Source of the DNA: Moniliella sp. 'wahieum'
Lineage: Eukaryota
Direction: 5' to 3'
Assembly: GCA_003971905.1 (NCBI GenBank)
Contig: RSEE01000017.1
Coordinates: 1 to 64,000, forward strand
DNA: 64,000 nucleotides
This document shows positions 12,073 to 24,857 of the stretch, in pieces (positions within the stretch are counted from its first letter, which is position 1; each line of letters begins with the position of its first letter). The position numbers and the translations under genes are program-made. The notes under the pieces were generated by a model. That model was not told the DNA's origin and did not search any database. It saw only the letters and a list, made by a program, of their open reading frames with translations.

Positions 12073-12987
12073 TTAGTTGGCCGACGAGATGTAGAACCAG
12101 TTGTCGACCGACGGGTCAATCGGGGCGGGAGGCAACGGGTTGGCGGCAGGAGCCTGAGCGTCAGGGGAGAACGCCTTGGTGCCCGGCAGGGAGACGTTGG
12201 CGATCGAGATACCGCCAGCGTTGGAGGATCCCTCCACGAGGCGGGTCCACGCCTCGTGGCACTCGTGCACGATGCCCGTTGCGTACCGACGGTTCTTGGC
12301 CTCGCCGAGAAGGCAAACTGGTTCTCCGGCTTGCCGTCAGGAATTTTGTAGATCCGGAACCACTCGTTCGTGGCGCGGATCAGGCCGGGCAGGTGGGTCT
12401 CCACATCCTCAATGTCGTTCAACTTGGGCGCCAGCGGGTCGTTGACGTCAATCACAATCACCTTCCAGTCCGTCTCGCCTTCGTCCAGCAGCGCCATCAC
12501 GCCCAACACCTTGACCTGCTTCACCTGGCCCGTGTAGCCCACCTGCTCTCCAATCTCGCACACGTCCAGCGGGTCATTGTCGCCCTTGGCCTTCGTGTCG
12601 GGGTGGACCTGCTCCGGGTCCTCGTACGTCTGCGGGAACGCACCATAGTTCCAAATGTACCCCTTGTGCGGGAAGCAGTTGCGCACAAAGCGCAGCTTGC
12701 CCCTTGGTGTCTTGCTTGATCGGGTTCAGAGCGTCCTCCTTGCTGATCTCCTGCTTGGCATTCGACCAGCGCGGGATTTCCACAACCATGTTCAGCACCG
12801 TCTTGTCCTCATTGGCGTAAAGGGGAATGTCGTGGAACGGGAGGGGAAACGACCTTGCCCTGCTTCTCAATGAAGACGCGGTAGTCTGCCAGGGGCGTTA
12901 GCCGGGATTCCCGGAGGGAGCAAGGCAAAGACGGAGCGTACCCAAGGTGTTGGCAGCGCCAACCTGGTGGATTGTGTACTCGGACAT
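12073..12987 (-). CDS. IPP1: Inorganic pyrophosphatase
   Basis: [15 protein letters not shown], intron, [93 protein letters not shown]. Confidence 0.96.
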
Positions 12988-13270
12988 GGCGATAGCGGCA
13001 CTCGTATAGGTACTGGTACTGGGTACTGGTGGTGGGAGCGAGAAGGCTAGTTTCTCGGCGGTTCGGAGAACAAGGGGGGGAAGCAGAGGGGCAGCTAGCA
13101 CAACCCCACGCTGGCAACCCTAGCGGCGCCCGTTGACTGTGGCTCAGGGCACTTGGCCTGTGCATGCGCGCGAACCTATTGGGGGCAATGCGTGATGATC
13201 GATGATGAATGATGGAGAAGATGCTCGAAGATCGATTATCGATTACCTTTGTGGATGGACAGATTGAGGG

Positions 13271-13340
13271 GCTGGCCTGTGCTGGCTTGTGCTGGCTTGT
13301 GCTGGCTTGTGCTGGCTTGTGCTGGCTTGTGCTGGCTTGG
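13271..13340. repeat. 10-bp tandem repeat (GCTGGCTTGT) about 7 copies, upstream of IPP1
   Basis: Directly visible. Confidence 0.9.
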
Positions 13341-14893
13341 CTGGCCCGCGTGCTCCCTGCAACTCCGCTCCGAGGCGGACTGAGTACGGACTGGCACTCT
13401 GGAGAACAGTGTGGGGCATTTTCAAGCAAGCACCTGCCACTGATGGCTCCTCTTCACCAAGCGTGTCCTCACGCTTAAAGGAACGGCTCCAACAGCGGGG
13501 GAGGGGGTGAAGGAGTGTGCGCTTACCCGCGCGCGCATCTTTTCCACGGTGGACCAGACTTGGAACGGGGGCTGGTATTGGGATACTCGGCACATCTCTC
13601 CTTCCTTCGGTCGTTGGGCATGCCATTCAAACGGGTTCTTGCTCACACGCCCCTCCTTCCTTCGAGCGTCGGGGGCACGAATCAAAGTATTTTCTGCTTC
13701 GCACGCCCCTCCTTCCTCCCTCCGTCGGGGGTGCGAGACAAAGTCATCTTGGGAGCAGGGAAACGGACGGGTTAGAGGCGCTGCTGGCCCGCCGTCCAAT
13801 TCTCGCCTCTTCTAGGACTTGGGTGAGGGTACAAGCTCCGCTGACCCGTCTGCCAAAGTTCGCTCGTACGAATATAAGGGCTTGGTGTGGACTAGAAGGG
13901 ACAATCGGTTCGCTCCGTTCGCCCCCTGCCAGCCTTCGCCGTCACAGCAGGCACTGGACAGGGCCGAGGTAGATGACAGATAGAGGATGCATCCCTTTTT
14001 TGCTTCATCGCATGAAACAACAGTAGCCCCTCTCCCCCCAACTGCTATGCCCATGTGGCCCCAGGACTCGGACAACTTATCTCGTCCACGTCGCACCACA
14101 ACATTGCTTTCCCCTCCTACCCGCTGTCGCGGGTCTGCCCTTACGGTGGGCGGGCCTTTTCTCAGGTTTAACCTCTGCTTCGTCTCTTCCTTTGGGGAGA
14201 GCGAATTCTACTACATGTTAACGGGTGCAGGCCCCTCGAAGTGAGAGGATACTATCCGGATTTCTGAACCCTCGGTGTGGTCTTATCCCCATTCCATTGA
14301 CAAGAAGCGTCAACCTCAAGGGGCACATGCAGCACAGATCGATCGATGGATTGGTGACCGAGAAAATTTGGCGTGAGGAGGGGAGAACGCTTTCTCGACC
14401 TCTTCGTTCTCCCCCCGAGAGGAGATCGTCAAAATCTACTTCTCTATATTCCTCGCTCAACAGGACCCGGGTGCCTGTGGATACCCAGAATCGACCTGTG
14501 CCGGGCCAAGGACACTTTTGGATCTACAGGGTTGATTCCTGTTATTTGAGGCAGGCGGTTGTCACACAATGTGGCTCCTCCTCATCATGTGTCCCAAGAA
14601 GGCAACGCTCAGGCGAACGAGACGATGGCCTCTCTGCTGGCCAGCAGCTGTATTGGCAAGAGCGCTCTGTGCAACAACCAGTGTTCCCTAGGTTAACGGG
14701 CCGCTTACCTAACCCAACACCAGTCCGATGGGATTGGAATTTGGATGGTGAATTTTGAGGCTGTTACGCAGCGCACCATCACCATCACCACCACCACTAC
14801 CACCGTCGCCATCGCTATCGCCATGGAGCAACTGAGGCTTCTGCTCCTTCCTGGCGGCGGGAGGATTGTACTACGGATCTCACACCTCAACGC

Positions 14894-17484
14894 ATGGTAC
14901 CAGCGCCGCGTGCGCCTACAACGATGGCGATCCGAGCAAGTCTCCCCGCCTACGTCGCAACGACTGCTCCGGCCGTCATTCCCCCCGCCCGCGCTGCGCT
15001 CGAGGACAGGAGGCCCAGTTCCATCCCTATTCCTGTTTCTCATTCCCACGTGGAGCCTCTGCCTACGTCTCATTTGCGCATGCGTCCCCCCGCCCCGTTT
15101 CTCCGCGGCCGCTCACGCCTGTTCAGACGCCTACATTCAACCCCCTCGCCTGCGTCCCTACCGCGCCGAAACATCTCCTTCTCGGTGCCTTCGATTAGTC
15201 TTGCTCACCCTTCCACTTCCCAAGATATCGTGCCGCACGAATCTACGTTGAACGAGCCGCCGCGTCTGCAGGACGCTCGGCGTGGCGTGAAGCGTTCGGC
15301 CAGTATGGCGACCGACACGGGGGACCTGACGCAGCCCATTTTGAGACGGCGCAAGCTGGCTTCGGAGGAGGCCGAGTCGGGCGATGAGGAAATGCCTCAA
15401 GCGGAGATCACGTCTGCCTCTGAGTCTTCCTCAGATGAGAGCATGCTTGATCCTACCGATTGTAGCCTCGCTTCCTTCGCATCGAGGGCTGGTGGTACCC
15501 TCGCTACCCTCCCACGAGCGGAGCAGTGCCAAGAAGGGAAAGGCAAAAGCCAAGAGCTCCACGTCGAGGAATCAAGGGGGGCAGACGGTAAGCTGGCGGC
15601 TGCCAAGCTGAAACGGCGCACCCGCTGCCAGGGGACGGGGCGCGGCGCAACCTGACGGGTGGAGGAGGAGGTGCTGCCCACCCTGCCGGTGGGGAACAAA
15701 GCGGAAGACCTGGAAGGAGTGCAGTGGCGCATGGGCGAAGATGGAAAGTTGCGTCGGTTGGAACGCATACGCACCACGAGGGAGAAGAAGTACGATATGC
15801 GCGTGGTTCTACCCATCCGGATGCGTTGGAGATGGAGTCGGTTTACGTCGAGACGTGGGTTACGACCCAGGAGTTGATCAGGCCAAGGCAGACCTGCTCC
15901 TGTTGTATAACAGGCCGAGTTCGAGGCCTTGGAAGCCAAGAGGTTACAGGAGGAGGCCATTGCTCTTCAGAAACGCGAGGATCGGCAACGGCGCAAGATA
16001 GAGAAGCAAACCGAAGAAGCACGGGCAGCGTTGGAACGCGTACGTCCCCTCTCCCCTCGGCGCTGTTTTCCCCCAATAGTACTAACCCGTTTGCAGCGCA
16101 AAAACGTGGATCGCCACCTGTGGGGCAAGCTGCGTGAGCGCTCGCGGGCGGATACGAGTTTCGAGAGCGAAACTAGCCCGCGCTCCCGCGCGACCAGCAT
16201 CGTCTCCTCCTCCCGTCCCTCCCGCCCAGACTTGGCCCCAGCCAGCATGTCATTCAACGGCTCTTTCCGAGTGAAGAAGAGAAACGAACAAAAGTTCAAC
16301 ATGGAGACCCAAGAGTCCCTGAACCGACGTCTTGGCTGCTCCCACGTCGACCCCGCGCGCGTCCACTCCGCTTGTTTTGTCGTCCGAGGCATCTGCTCCC
16401 GTTGCCGCGGGGGCTGCACAGACGCCTGCTCCGCTGTTCGCTGCCAAGCCCGATTCTAAACTGCCTTTTCCCTCAGTGGCTCTACCGAGTCCAAGCCGGT
16501 CGCTGCGCCCAAACCTGCCTTCTCCTTTGGCACAATCCGCGACGGGGGCGACCCAGACGGCTGAACCCTCCAAGCCGCTCTTTTCCATTGGAGGGTCGAG
16601 TCAACCAAAGACGGAGAGCCCAACCAACTCCGCTTCCAAGCCCTCGACTGACCCCAAACCCTTCACCTTTGGCGCGCCACAGGAGACCAAGCCTGCACCC
16701 ACACAGCAGTTTGGGCACTTCTCCTGCTCCTCCAACTACGGCATCAGCCGCACCCACCGCACCTGCACCTGCAGCTCCTGCGACCAAAGCTTCTCATTTG
16801 GTGCTCCCTCCGACATGCCAAGCCCAGCTTTACCTTGGGAAAACCCGCCGCGGCGCCAGGCACCACCTCGGCCGCCCCTGCTTCCTCAGCACCCTCGGCA
16901 CCCTCAGCACCCACGTTTTCCTTTGGCGCGCCGTCTGCATCGTCTGCTTTGCCAGCACCATCCAGTTCTGGGGCAGGCGCAGGCGCACCGTCTGCCCCTG
17001 CTGCACCCGCGGCGGCAGCACCAGCGTTCAGCTTTGGTGCGCCGCGGGCTCTGACAAGGCACCCGCCGCCCCTTCCGCTGTGCCGGCACCCAAGTTCAGC
17101 TTTGGTGCGCCTGCAAGCTCGGGTGGGGCTTCTACCTCCGCTCCGCCGCGGCTGCACCAGCGTTCAGCTTTGGTGCCTCGTCGGGTGCTGACAAGGCCTC
17201 CGCTCCGCCCGGCTGCTGCGGCGCCTGCGTTCAGTTTTGGTGCGCCATCTTCCTCCGCGTCGGCTGCTGCTCCGACTCCCGCTCCGGCTGCCAGCTCGGC
17301 GACTTCTGGCACGACCCCGGCCCCAACGTTCTCCTTTGGCGCTCCGTCCCAGGCCGGCGCGCCGACGTTCCAGTTTGGTGCACCTTCGGGCGCCAGTGCG
17401 AGCGGCGGGGCTGGGGCAGGTAACAGCTCAGCGCCTTCGTCGGGGTTCAGCTTTGCTCCACCCTCGTTTAATGTGGGCAAGTAG
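14894..17484 (+). CDS. FG-repeat nucleoporin (FSFG repeats; Nup1/Nup153/Pom121-like)
   Basis: Many PAFSFG/PTFSFG/FTFG/FQFG repeats in the C-terminal part; low-complexity N-terminus; frames broken by indels and a probable intron. Confidence 0.75.
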
Positions 17485-18213
17485 AGGACACCCAACGCCT
17501 CAGCGCCGAGGGAGACGGGCGCCGGTTGCTGGGACCCCAGTGCGGCCGTATTGTATGCAGGCTTAGCTCGCTTCGCTCGCTTCTCACATCTCACTATGCA
17601 ATTGATTGTGCGTGTGAGCGCACAAGGACCCCCCCCTTCGCTCTCACGTTTTATCACAGCGAAGGTGCTTGTACGTAGGAGACCCCCACCAATGACTACA
17701 GTAGGTAGCGTACAGCGACGTTAGGGCGGTCCGGCGTTCAGCGGTTCTTCGCGACTCCTCCTTTCAGCCCGGTTCGGTGCGGGACGGATGGAGTAGGTGT
17801 GGGGCCCACAGTATGGACATGACAATGGGGAGGAGCGACCACGAGTAAGATGTATAGGACGAGAAATGGGAGTGGGGATGCGGATGGGGGTGGTGATAAA
17901 GGGCAAGGTAGGGGTAGGGGGTCCGGTGCTTCTACGACAAAGGGGGCAGGAAAGGATGGGCGGTGGAGTCGAGGGGCGGCCCTATAGGTGCGGGAAAGCG
18001 GAGGACGGCAGGGGTGGCTGTATAGCGCCGCGCAGCTGTCCCCTTTCGCTTGGCCACGGTTACCTCAGCCTCTCCGGGATGGGATTGTGCATTCCATACG
18101 CCGACCTAGTCTCTGTCCATTTCAGGGCGACAAGGCGCGACGAGGTAGACGGGCCCAGGTACCGGCAAGCTCCCGTGCACGAGGCTGGGGGAGGGGCATG
18201 GAGCGAGACTGGG

Positions 18214-18985
18214 TCAAAGCGTGGTGTACGTGTACCGCATGGCGGTCAGACTGCCAAGCTCACGCTCAGAACTGGCAATGGAGGACTCGGACCAGGCTGC
18301 GACGCTGGTAGTCAGCGTGCCAATGAGCCACCACAGCGCGCTGTCTGACCTTCCGCCCAGCGCAGCCAAAGCCGGGGCCAGGAGCGAGGCAGTGGCGAGT
18401 GCCACGCCGTACAGCACGCGAGGGGGAGCGATGCGAGAAAGGGTGCCTGGCCAGCGAGGCGGGTCAAGACGCTGCCCACTGCTTCGGGGGCGGTGCCAAA
18501 CTGGTGGGGCGAGGGGCGCGGCGGAAGGAAGGACAGGGGAGGGGCAGCAAGCTGGCCAGTTCCCAGGCCATCGCACCTAGGATGCTGGCTTGGAGCGATC
18601 CCAGGAAAAGGTAGCTCAGCAACGAGGGGCCTGGCTGGCTGCGGCGATGGAAAAGGATGAGGTGGGCCTGGTGGGCATGCGTGCCAGCCATGTAGGAAGG
18701 CAGCGGGGCGAGGTAGAGGAGGAAGTTGAGCACGAGCAGGGCCAGACAGGCTCGGCGATACAGAGAGGCGGCCTGGATGCTCCTGGACCGCAGCTCGGCG
18801 ATGATCCGGTCTTGGTCTGGCCCGGCGTAACCAGGGGGTCAGAAGCAAGGCAGGAGGGGGGAGGACACTCGACGTACCGCGCTCGAGTCGATGGGCAGGC
18901 CATCGTCGCCATCGTCTAGCAAGGCCAGGGGATCGTCGTCGTCCTCGCGGCGGGCGTGGTTCGCGCGGAAGCGTAAGGCGGACAT
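18214..18985 (-). CDS. Hypothetical multi-pass membrane protein
   Basis: Acidic N-terminus (REDDDDPLALLDD), several hydrophobic segments, C-terminal ELGSLTAMRYTY; frameshifted. Confidence 0.55.
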
Positions 18986-19326
18986 GGCCGGTGGTCCAAC
19001 AGCCTGTCGTGGCAGCGCAGCGGCGGCTGGGCGCTGGCTGATGGTTGCTGGTTGATGGCTGGTCGGCGCAAGCGGCTGCCCCGAGGGCGGGGTATTTGCG
19101 GCATCTACCGCTTTCTCTTGCTCTACAGGGCAACCAGTCGGCGTCAGCAGGGCATGGATTGCACCGATCCTGCCGCCTGGCAAAGGCGGGACGCCGCAGT
19201 CTATGTTTTCAGCAGTTGCTTGCTACGATATATGAGGGCCGTGGGAGGATATGATGCCTCAGACGCACACCAGAAGAGGAGTCGGATTGGCTGGCGTGGC
19301 TTCCCTGCCAGGCGGCGAGCTAGCAC

Positions 19327-21610
19327 CTACTGCTGCAGGGGCAACACCACCACAAGCGTTCCGTTGCGTACGTCCGTGGCTGGCAGACCCGGCGCTCGCG
19401 TCGCGTCCTTCTTGAGCCACCGGCCCAGGCGAGGCTCCTTACCTAGGCCGACAATGAGCAGTGGCGCTTGCCGCTCCTGCTCGGTGCGCAGTGGCGATGG
19501 GTCGGACACATGCGACGCCTCCGCCGACGGCGCGCCATCGAGCGCCTCGTCATCCGCGCGAGGCAGATGCTTGTCCCCAGCCCGCTCCGGCTCCACTGGC
19601 TCCGGTCAACCACGTCCGACGAGCGTAGCGGCCTCGGTCCTGCCTTTGCCGTAGCGGGAGGAGGCGTGTACAGCCGGAGCGCATTGACAAAGCCAGGGCA
19701 TCGAGCGAATACAAGGGTCGGAATTCCTTCAACCGGCGGTCGAGTTGCCACAGTCGCACCCGTCCGTCCCACGATCCAGACGCAAAGAGGTCACCAAATG
19801 GCAAGGTAGCCAAGGCGGTGATCCACCTGGCTTGGTAGACTGTCTGTTGCGATTCCGGCGAGCCGGAAGAGTCCTGGCTTACGACCGTGTCGTAGCCATG
19901 GGCCAGAGGGAAGGTGAAGACGGTTTCTTTTTCCCCGTGCTCCACAGGGCAATGGAACCACTGTCTCCCCCCGAGAGGAAGTGGGACCCATCAACCATGG
20001 CAATGCAGTCAACGCTTCCCTCGTAAAAGTCCCGCGGGCCCACTGGCGCCGAAGCAGCCTGGTTGGCCACAATAGATTGGGCGACAGAGTGGAGATCTTC
20101 ACGCTCCTTGCCAGGGTGAGTACCCTCTTCCGTCGTGTTCTCGGCCATGAGGAACTCGTCAGCCTCCAAGCCCGTCGCTTTGGATGGCCGAGCACTTTTC
20201 CCAAGCCCACCTGCACGGAAGACAAGTTGAGATTCGTTCCGCACTTTCCAGAACCGAGCCGTTCGGTCCCGGCCACCGGCAGACACTGCCGTCTCTTCCC
20301 GTAGCAAATCCAGGTCCAGGACAGGATCCTGGTGCCCAAATAGAGTCTCAACATAGGATCCTTGGTCTACCGCCCAGAGTTTGACCGAGCGGTCGTAGGA
20401 TGCACTAAACAGTTCGTAGGGAGAGCGAAGCGACGCACGGAAGCAGAGCGCCGTAATGGTATCCTTGTGCCCGCCCAAGGACTTGACCCACTCCTCACTG
20501 TGGCCCAGTGGGGAAGCCGTCACGTCAACCGCAGGGATTTTCCATACACCAATCCTTCGGTCCTTGCCACCGGAAACGAGAAACTTACCATCGGGCGAAA
20601 TGGCGAGAGCCAAGAGCTGGTCAGTGTGACCCTCTCCTTCGCCCAATGGCGCCCACAGGAGCGAGTCCTGTTTCTGTTCTCCTCTTGATCCTTGGACAGC
20701 GCAGCGGCAGCAGCAAGGGAGTGTTGCTTCTTGGCCAGCATTGCTCGCCTCCGTGCTGCACCCGACCGCTTGCTCGGCCCCCCCTCCGCTCGAGCAGTGA
20801 GGTCAGCCGCCTTGCGCTGGACAGTAGCACGGTACGAATCGGAAACCCGGGCGCGTTTGCCCAAAATACGGATCAAGTGGCCGTCACGCAAACGCCATTT
20901 GAAAATATGCCCCTCCTTGGAGCCAGTGTAGAGGTACTGGCAATCGGGCGTGACTGCGACACAGGTGACGCTTTGCTGGTGCCCGCGCACGCCCCACGTG
21001 GTGCTGGACAAGTCCATCATTGGGCTCAGTACGTCCTTGCCCTCCGCGGCATCCTTCTCCAATTGCTCGGCAGAGACAGGGTGGGGCACCCGAAGGTACT
21101 GGAGATGAAGAGGTGCATCCGGCTCGTCTGTTCCTCTACATCCCGCTGTAAACGGGCCGAGATGTTTTGTCGGTCGATTTCAGCCGCATCTGCACCAGCC
21201 TCAAAGTCGGCTGGGAAGCACCAAGGAAATGAACAGTCAGCCAGCCATGCACCCAAGCACAAAAAAAGAAAGGGAGGACACACCATTCGTCCTCTCCTCG
21301 TCGGCCTTGATGCGTCGAGGTAGGCCTTTGCCAAGCGGACACGGGCCTGGGCCGCGGTCTCCTCCTCGTCATCGGAAGAGTCGTAGTTGTGGCGGAGGTC
21401 CATATCGGCACCAACAGGGCCCTCGCCACCACCGAGGTCCGAGCCAGCATCCGACTCACTGCCGCCGTCCCGGCCAGAGCGGGGGGCGGTGCGGCGGCCC
21501 GAGCCAGAGGCAGAGCGTTTTTTTGGACGCCGAGTCGGAGAGGCGCCGGGGGCTGAGGCAGGGGTGGATGGGCGCTTGCGCTTCTTTTGGAAGAAGGTGT
21601 CGCTGGCCAT
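19327..21610 (-). CDS. RRP9: U3 snoRNP WD40 protein Rrp9
   Basis: ETAAQARVRLAKAYLD, AAEIDRQNISARLQRDV, GHTDQLLALAISPDGKFLVSGGKDR, YVETLFGHQD, GGRDRTARFWKVRNESQLVF, SGSWDG, GKEPRLGRW. Confidence 0.93.
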
Positions 21611-22479
21611 GGCGCGGGGCGGGGCGCTGGAGGGATGGGCTAAAGAAGGAGGGCGGTGGGTAGGTAGTCTGTTTTCTGGTCTCTGCTGTGGTACGCCCGC
21701 CTTCATTCCGCTCTCTAATTTTTTTCGGCACCCGAGACACGCGGAATTCCCGTTGCTGCAGCGCCCATCATCCATCGTGCATCACCCATCATACCTCACG
21801 CAGGGTCGATGCCCTGCTGGTGGTTTACAGTTGCGTGGGTTGTATCCCCCTAGGCGCTCGGATCTTGTTGTCTGCTGCACACGAACCGGTCTTCCTCACG
21901 GGCACACGCCCCATCGGAGGGGGGCGACACTTAGGATGCCACATGCCGCCACTCCTCCCAACGAACACCATCACCTTCCCCTTCCGACCGCCCACCGCTC
22001 CCGGCTTCCCATCCCACATCCTACAACAGGTCTCTTTTCATCCGTGGTCACGGTGCATGGCCAACTCTCTCACTCGCGCCTTCTTCCATGAGTGTACGCC
22101 GTTGTGTAACATCTTGCTCTGCCGTTAGAACCCCAGGTAGTGCTGTAGGATTGCATCTTTCTTCCCCCACCCAATGATCTGCCCCAGTCTTGAGCAGGAG
22201 AGCCAACTGGACCGATCCTCTGAGCCCCCCAACAGAGGAAAGTAATGCCTGAGGTCTGGCCATCATGGCAGCGCACTCATCCATCTAATCCCTAATTAGA
22301 TAAAGGTGGGAGGTGGGCGATGAGATGTCTTAAACGCCAAAGAGGAAGAGGACCGGCTACAGCTGCACTCGTTCTCCCTCTCCCTCCTTATTAGGCTGAG
22401 GCCTGTGGTGCAATCAGGCCAGAGGACTTTTGCACTGTATGAAGGTTGATGCGCGTCCTGCTGTTCTAGAGTACCTGGG

Positions 22480-22900
22480 TGCTTGCTTGTTTTCCCTGTG
22501 GCTAATAATAAACCAACATCCATGGAGACTCACAGCTCCCACGTTTTTGGATGCGAGCGCAGCAGTGCCTTTTGTCTTGTATACCGTGATGCACAGGCGT
22601 CATTGTCCCACGACCGGCTTTGATGTTCGTAGGAGTTATAGCGTCCACATTCCTTTATTGAGCAACATCGAGACGCATTCTGATCCTTCGCGCGCTGGCG
22701 TTGGGCAACAAGAGAATGCCCCAGGATGAGATGTGCATTGACTGTTGAGGGGTTGGACCAGGACAAAGTGGCGTGCGCCAGCACATATGAGAGGTGAAGA
22801 ATGCAAAGCGGGGTGTATACACATACCCACATGGCAGACAATCCTCTCTGTCTGCTTGGTGGTGTGGTTCCATGGCGTCTGAGCGTGGGTTATGGGCTGT
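22480..22900 (+). pseudogene. Possible decayed Derlin (Der1/Dfm1)-like gene
   Basis: LFSLWLIINQHPWRLTAPTFL..PFVLYTVMHRRHC..RRSY resembles the Derlin WRLxT motif region; downstream NPLCLLGGVVP resembles NP..SLFG.I.IP; stops and frameshifts. Confidence 0.35.
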
Positions 22901-23110
22901 TCTCGAGGGTGCATCGCTGGAGCGGGATGTGCTGAAATGTTCATGGCATCAATGCGCCCAGTAAAGAGGCGTGTGATGGTGATGAGGTCAGCAGCGCCGC
23001 CCCAGCCGTGCGAGGGAGGCTGTCCGCAGCAACGCCAGCAAGCGAGCTAGCAAGCCCCGCGCCTCCGACGCCACCACCTGCCGCCCGCTGCCCCCTCCAC
23101 CTCCACCACC

Positions 23111-24200
23111 ATGGCCTCCGCTGCCGCCCCCACCACGGTCCCCTGCGCCTACCGCACCGGCCGTGTGCTGGGCCAGGGCACCTACGCTGTCGTCAAGGAG
23201 GCCCAGCGCATCTCGGACGGCAAGTTGCTCGCGTGCAAGGTCATCTCGAAGAAACTCATGGCCGGCCGGGAACATATGCCAAGAGATCCAAGCGCTCAAG
23301 CGCGTCTCGCAGCACCACCGGCACATTGTCACGCTGTCGACTACTTTGAGACGCTCAACAACCTCTACCTCGTCACCGACCTCTGCACGGGCGGCGAGCT
23401 GTTGACCGGATTTGCGACCGCGGCAACTACTACGAAAAGGATGCGGCGCATCTGGTGCGTGTGTGGGGCCGAAGCGGTCAAGTACCTCCATGACCAGGGC
23501 ATTGTCCATCGCGACCTCAAGCCTGAGAACCTCCTGTTTCGTGATAAGTCCGAAGATGCCGACCTGCTCATTGCCGACTTTGGTCTGTCGCGTGGTGGAC
23601 AGCAGCAAGATCACCCTCCTCTCCACCACGTGCGGTACGCGGGCTACATGGCGCCCGAAATCTTTAAAAAGACGGGCCACAGTTTCCCGTTGACATGTGG
23701 GCGTTGGGTGTGATTACCTACTTTTTGCTCTGTGGCTACACGCCATTTGATCGCGACTCGTCCATTGCTGAGATGGCGGCGATTGTGGCGGGCGATTATG
23801 CGTATGAACCGGCCGTGTACTGGGAAGGGGTGTCGGATACCGCGCGCGACTTTATGATCATCTCTTGGTTGTCGATCCGGCCAAACGCATGACGGCGGAC
23901 GAAGCGTTGGTTCACCCTTGGCTCATCAACGTCACGGCTGATGGGCCGCCGTCGAGCGGAGCCGCAGGCGCGGCTGGTGTGCCCGAGAAGGACTTGTTAC
24001 CCGGAATGAAGACGGCGTTCAATGCAAGCGGACGTTCCGCAAGGCGGTCAATGGCATTCGTCTTATGAACCGACTCAAGTCGGTCACCCAAGAACATCAG
24101 CGCCAGCTGGCCGAGGCCGAGGCCGATGCCGAGGCTCACGCCCAGGCTGGCGGACAAGATGAATTGCTGCCATTCAACGTGAAATTCAAGCCAACGAGAG
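23111..24200 (+). CDS. CMK1: Calcium/calmodulin-dependent protein kinase I
   Basis: LGQGTYAVVKEA, ACKVISKKLM, DYFETLNNLYLVTDLCTGGEL, IVHRDLKPENLLF, IADFGLSR, YMAPEIFKKTGH, WALGVITYFLLCGYTPFDRD; 3' end approximate. Confidence 0.93.
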
Positions 24201-24857
24201 CGAAGAGCACCCGAAAATGTGTTGGTACCACAATAGCCTCGCATTTGAGATGCATTCCACTGCTTCCTCCCTGTCTCGGCAAACGCGTGCAGGCGGGAGC
24301 TCTTGCCGTGAAAGTGTTGTCCTCATTATATTTCTCTTCCACTCTCCCCCCTTCCCATTCCTTCCTCGGTTCGCTCGGGGAGCTGGGATACCCGAGGGGG
24401 GAGTCCACTTCCACCCCCCGTTCTGCGCTCCACGCTATACCTGCGCCATTCTCCTCTGCTTACCTTACCTACCATCCCCCTTTTCCTCCTTGCTTAAATT
24501 AGGGAGATCCCCCCCCCTGCCCTCCGTTGACCGTTGACCCTTTTTCTCAATCCCTCGCGCCCATTATGTCCATTGCCCTCTACGTTCGTATTGAGATGGT
24601 TAACACTTCCTTCTTCCCTGTCCGAGCCCTTCGAGCCTGCGGGACCAGGGAACCACGTAGAAAGCTCGTCCGACCAGACCGCCGGAATCCATGAGGAAAA
24701 CAAGGGCAGCATCAAAACAAAGACCAAGTGTTCAGGGAGGTAAAAGAAAAGAAAGACGAGAGAAGAAAATCAAGCCAAACGTGTCCCAAAACAGCGGGGG
24801 GGGGGGGGATCAACAAGCTGTGGAATGGTGGCAGACCGTGGCGGGACGGTGGCGGAG

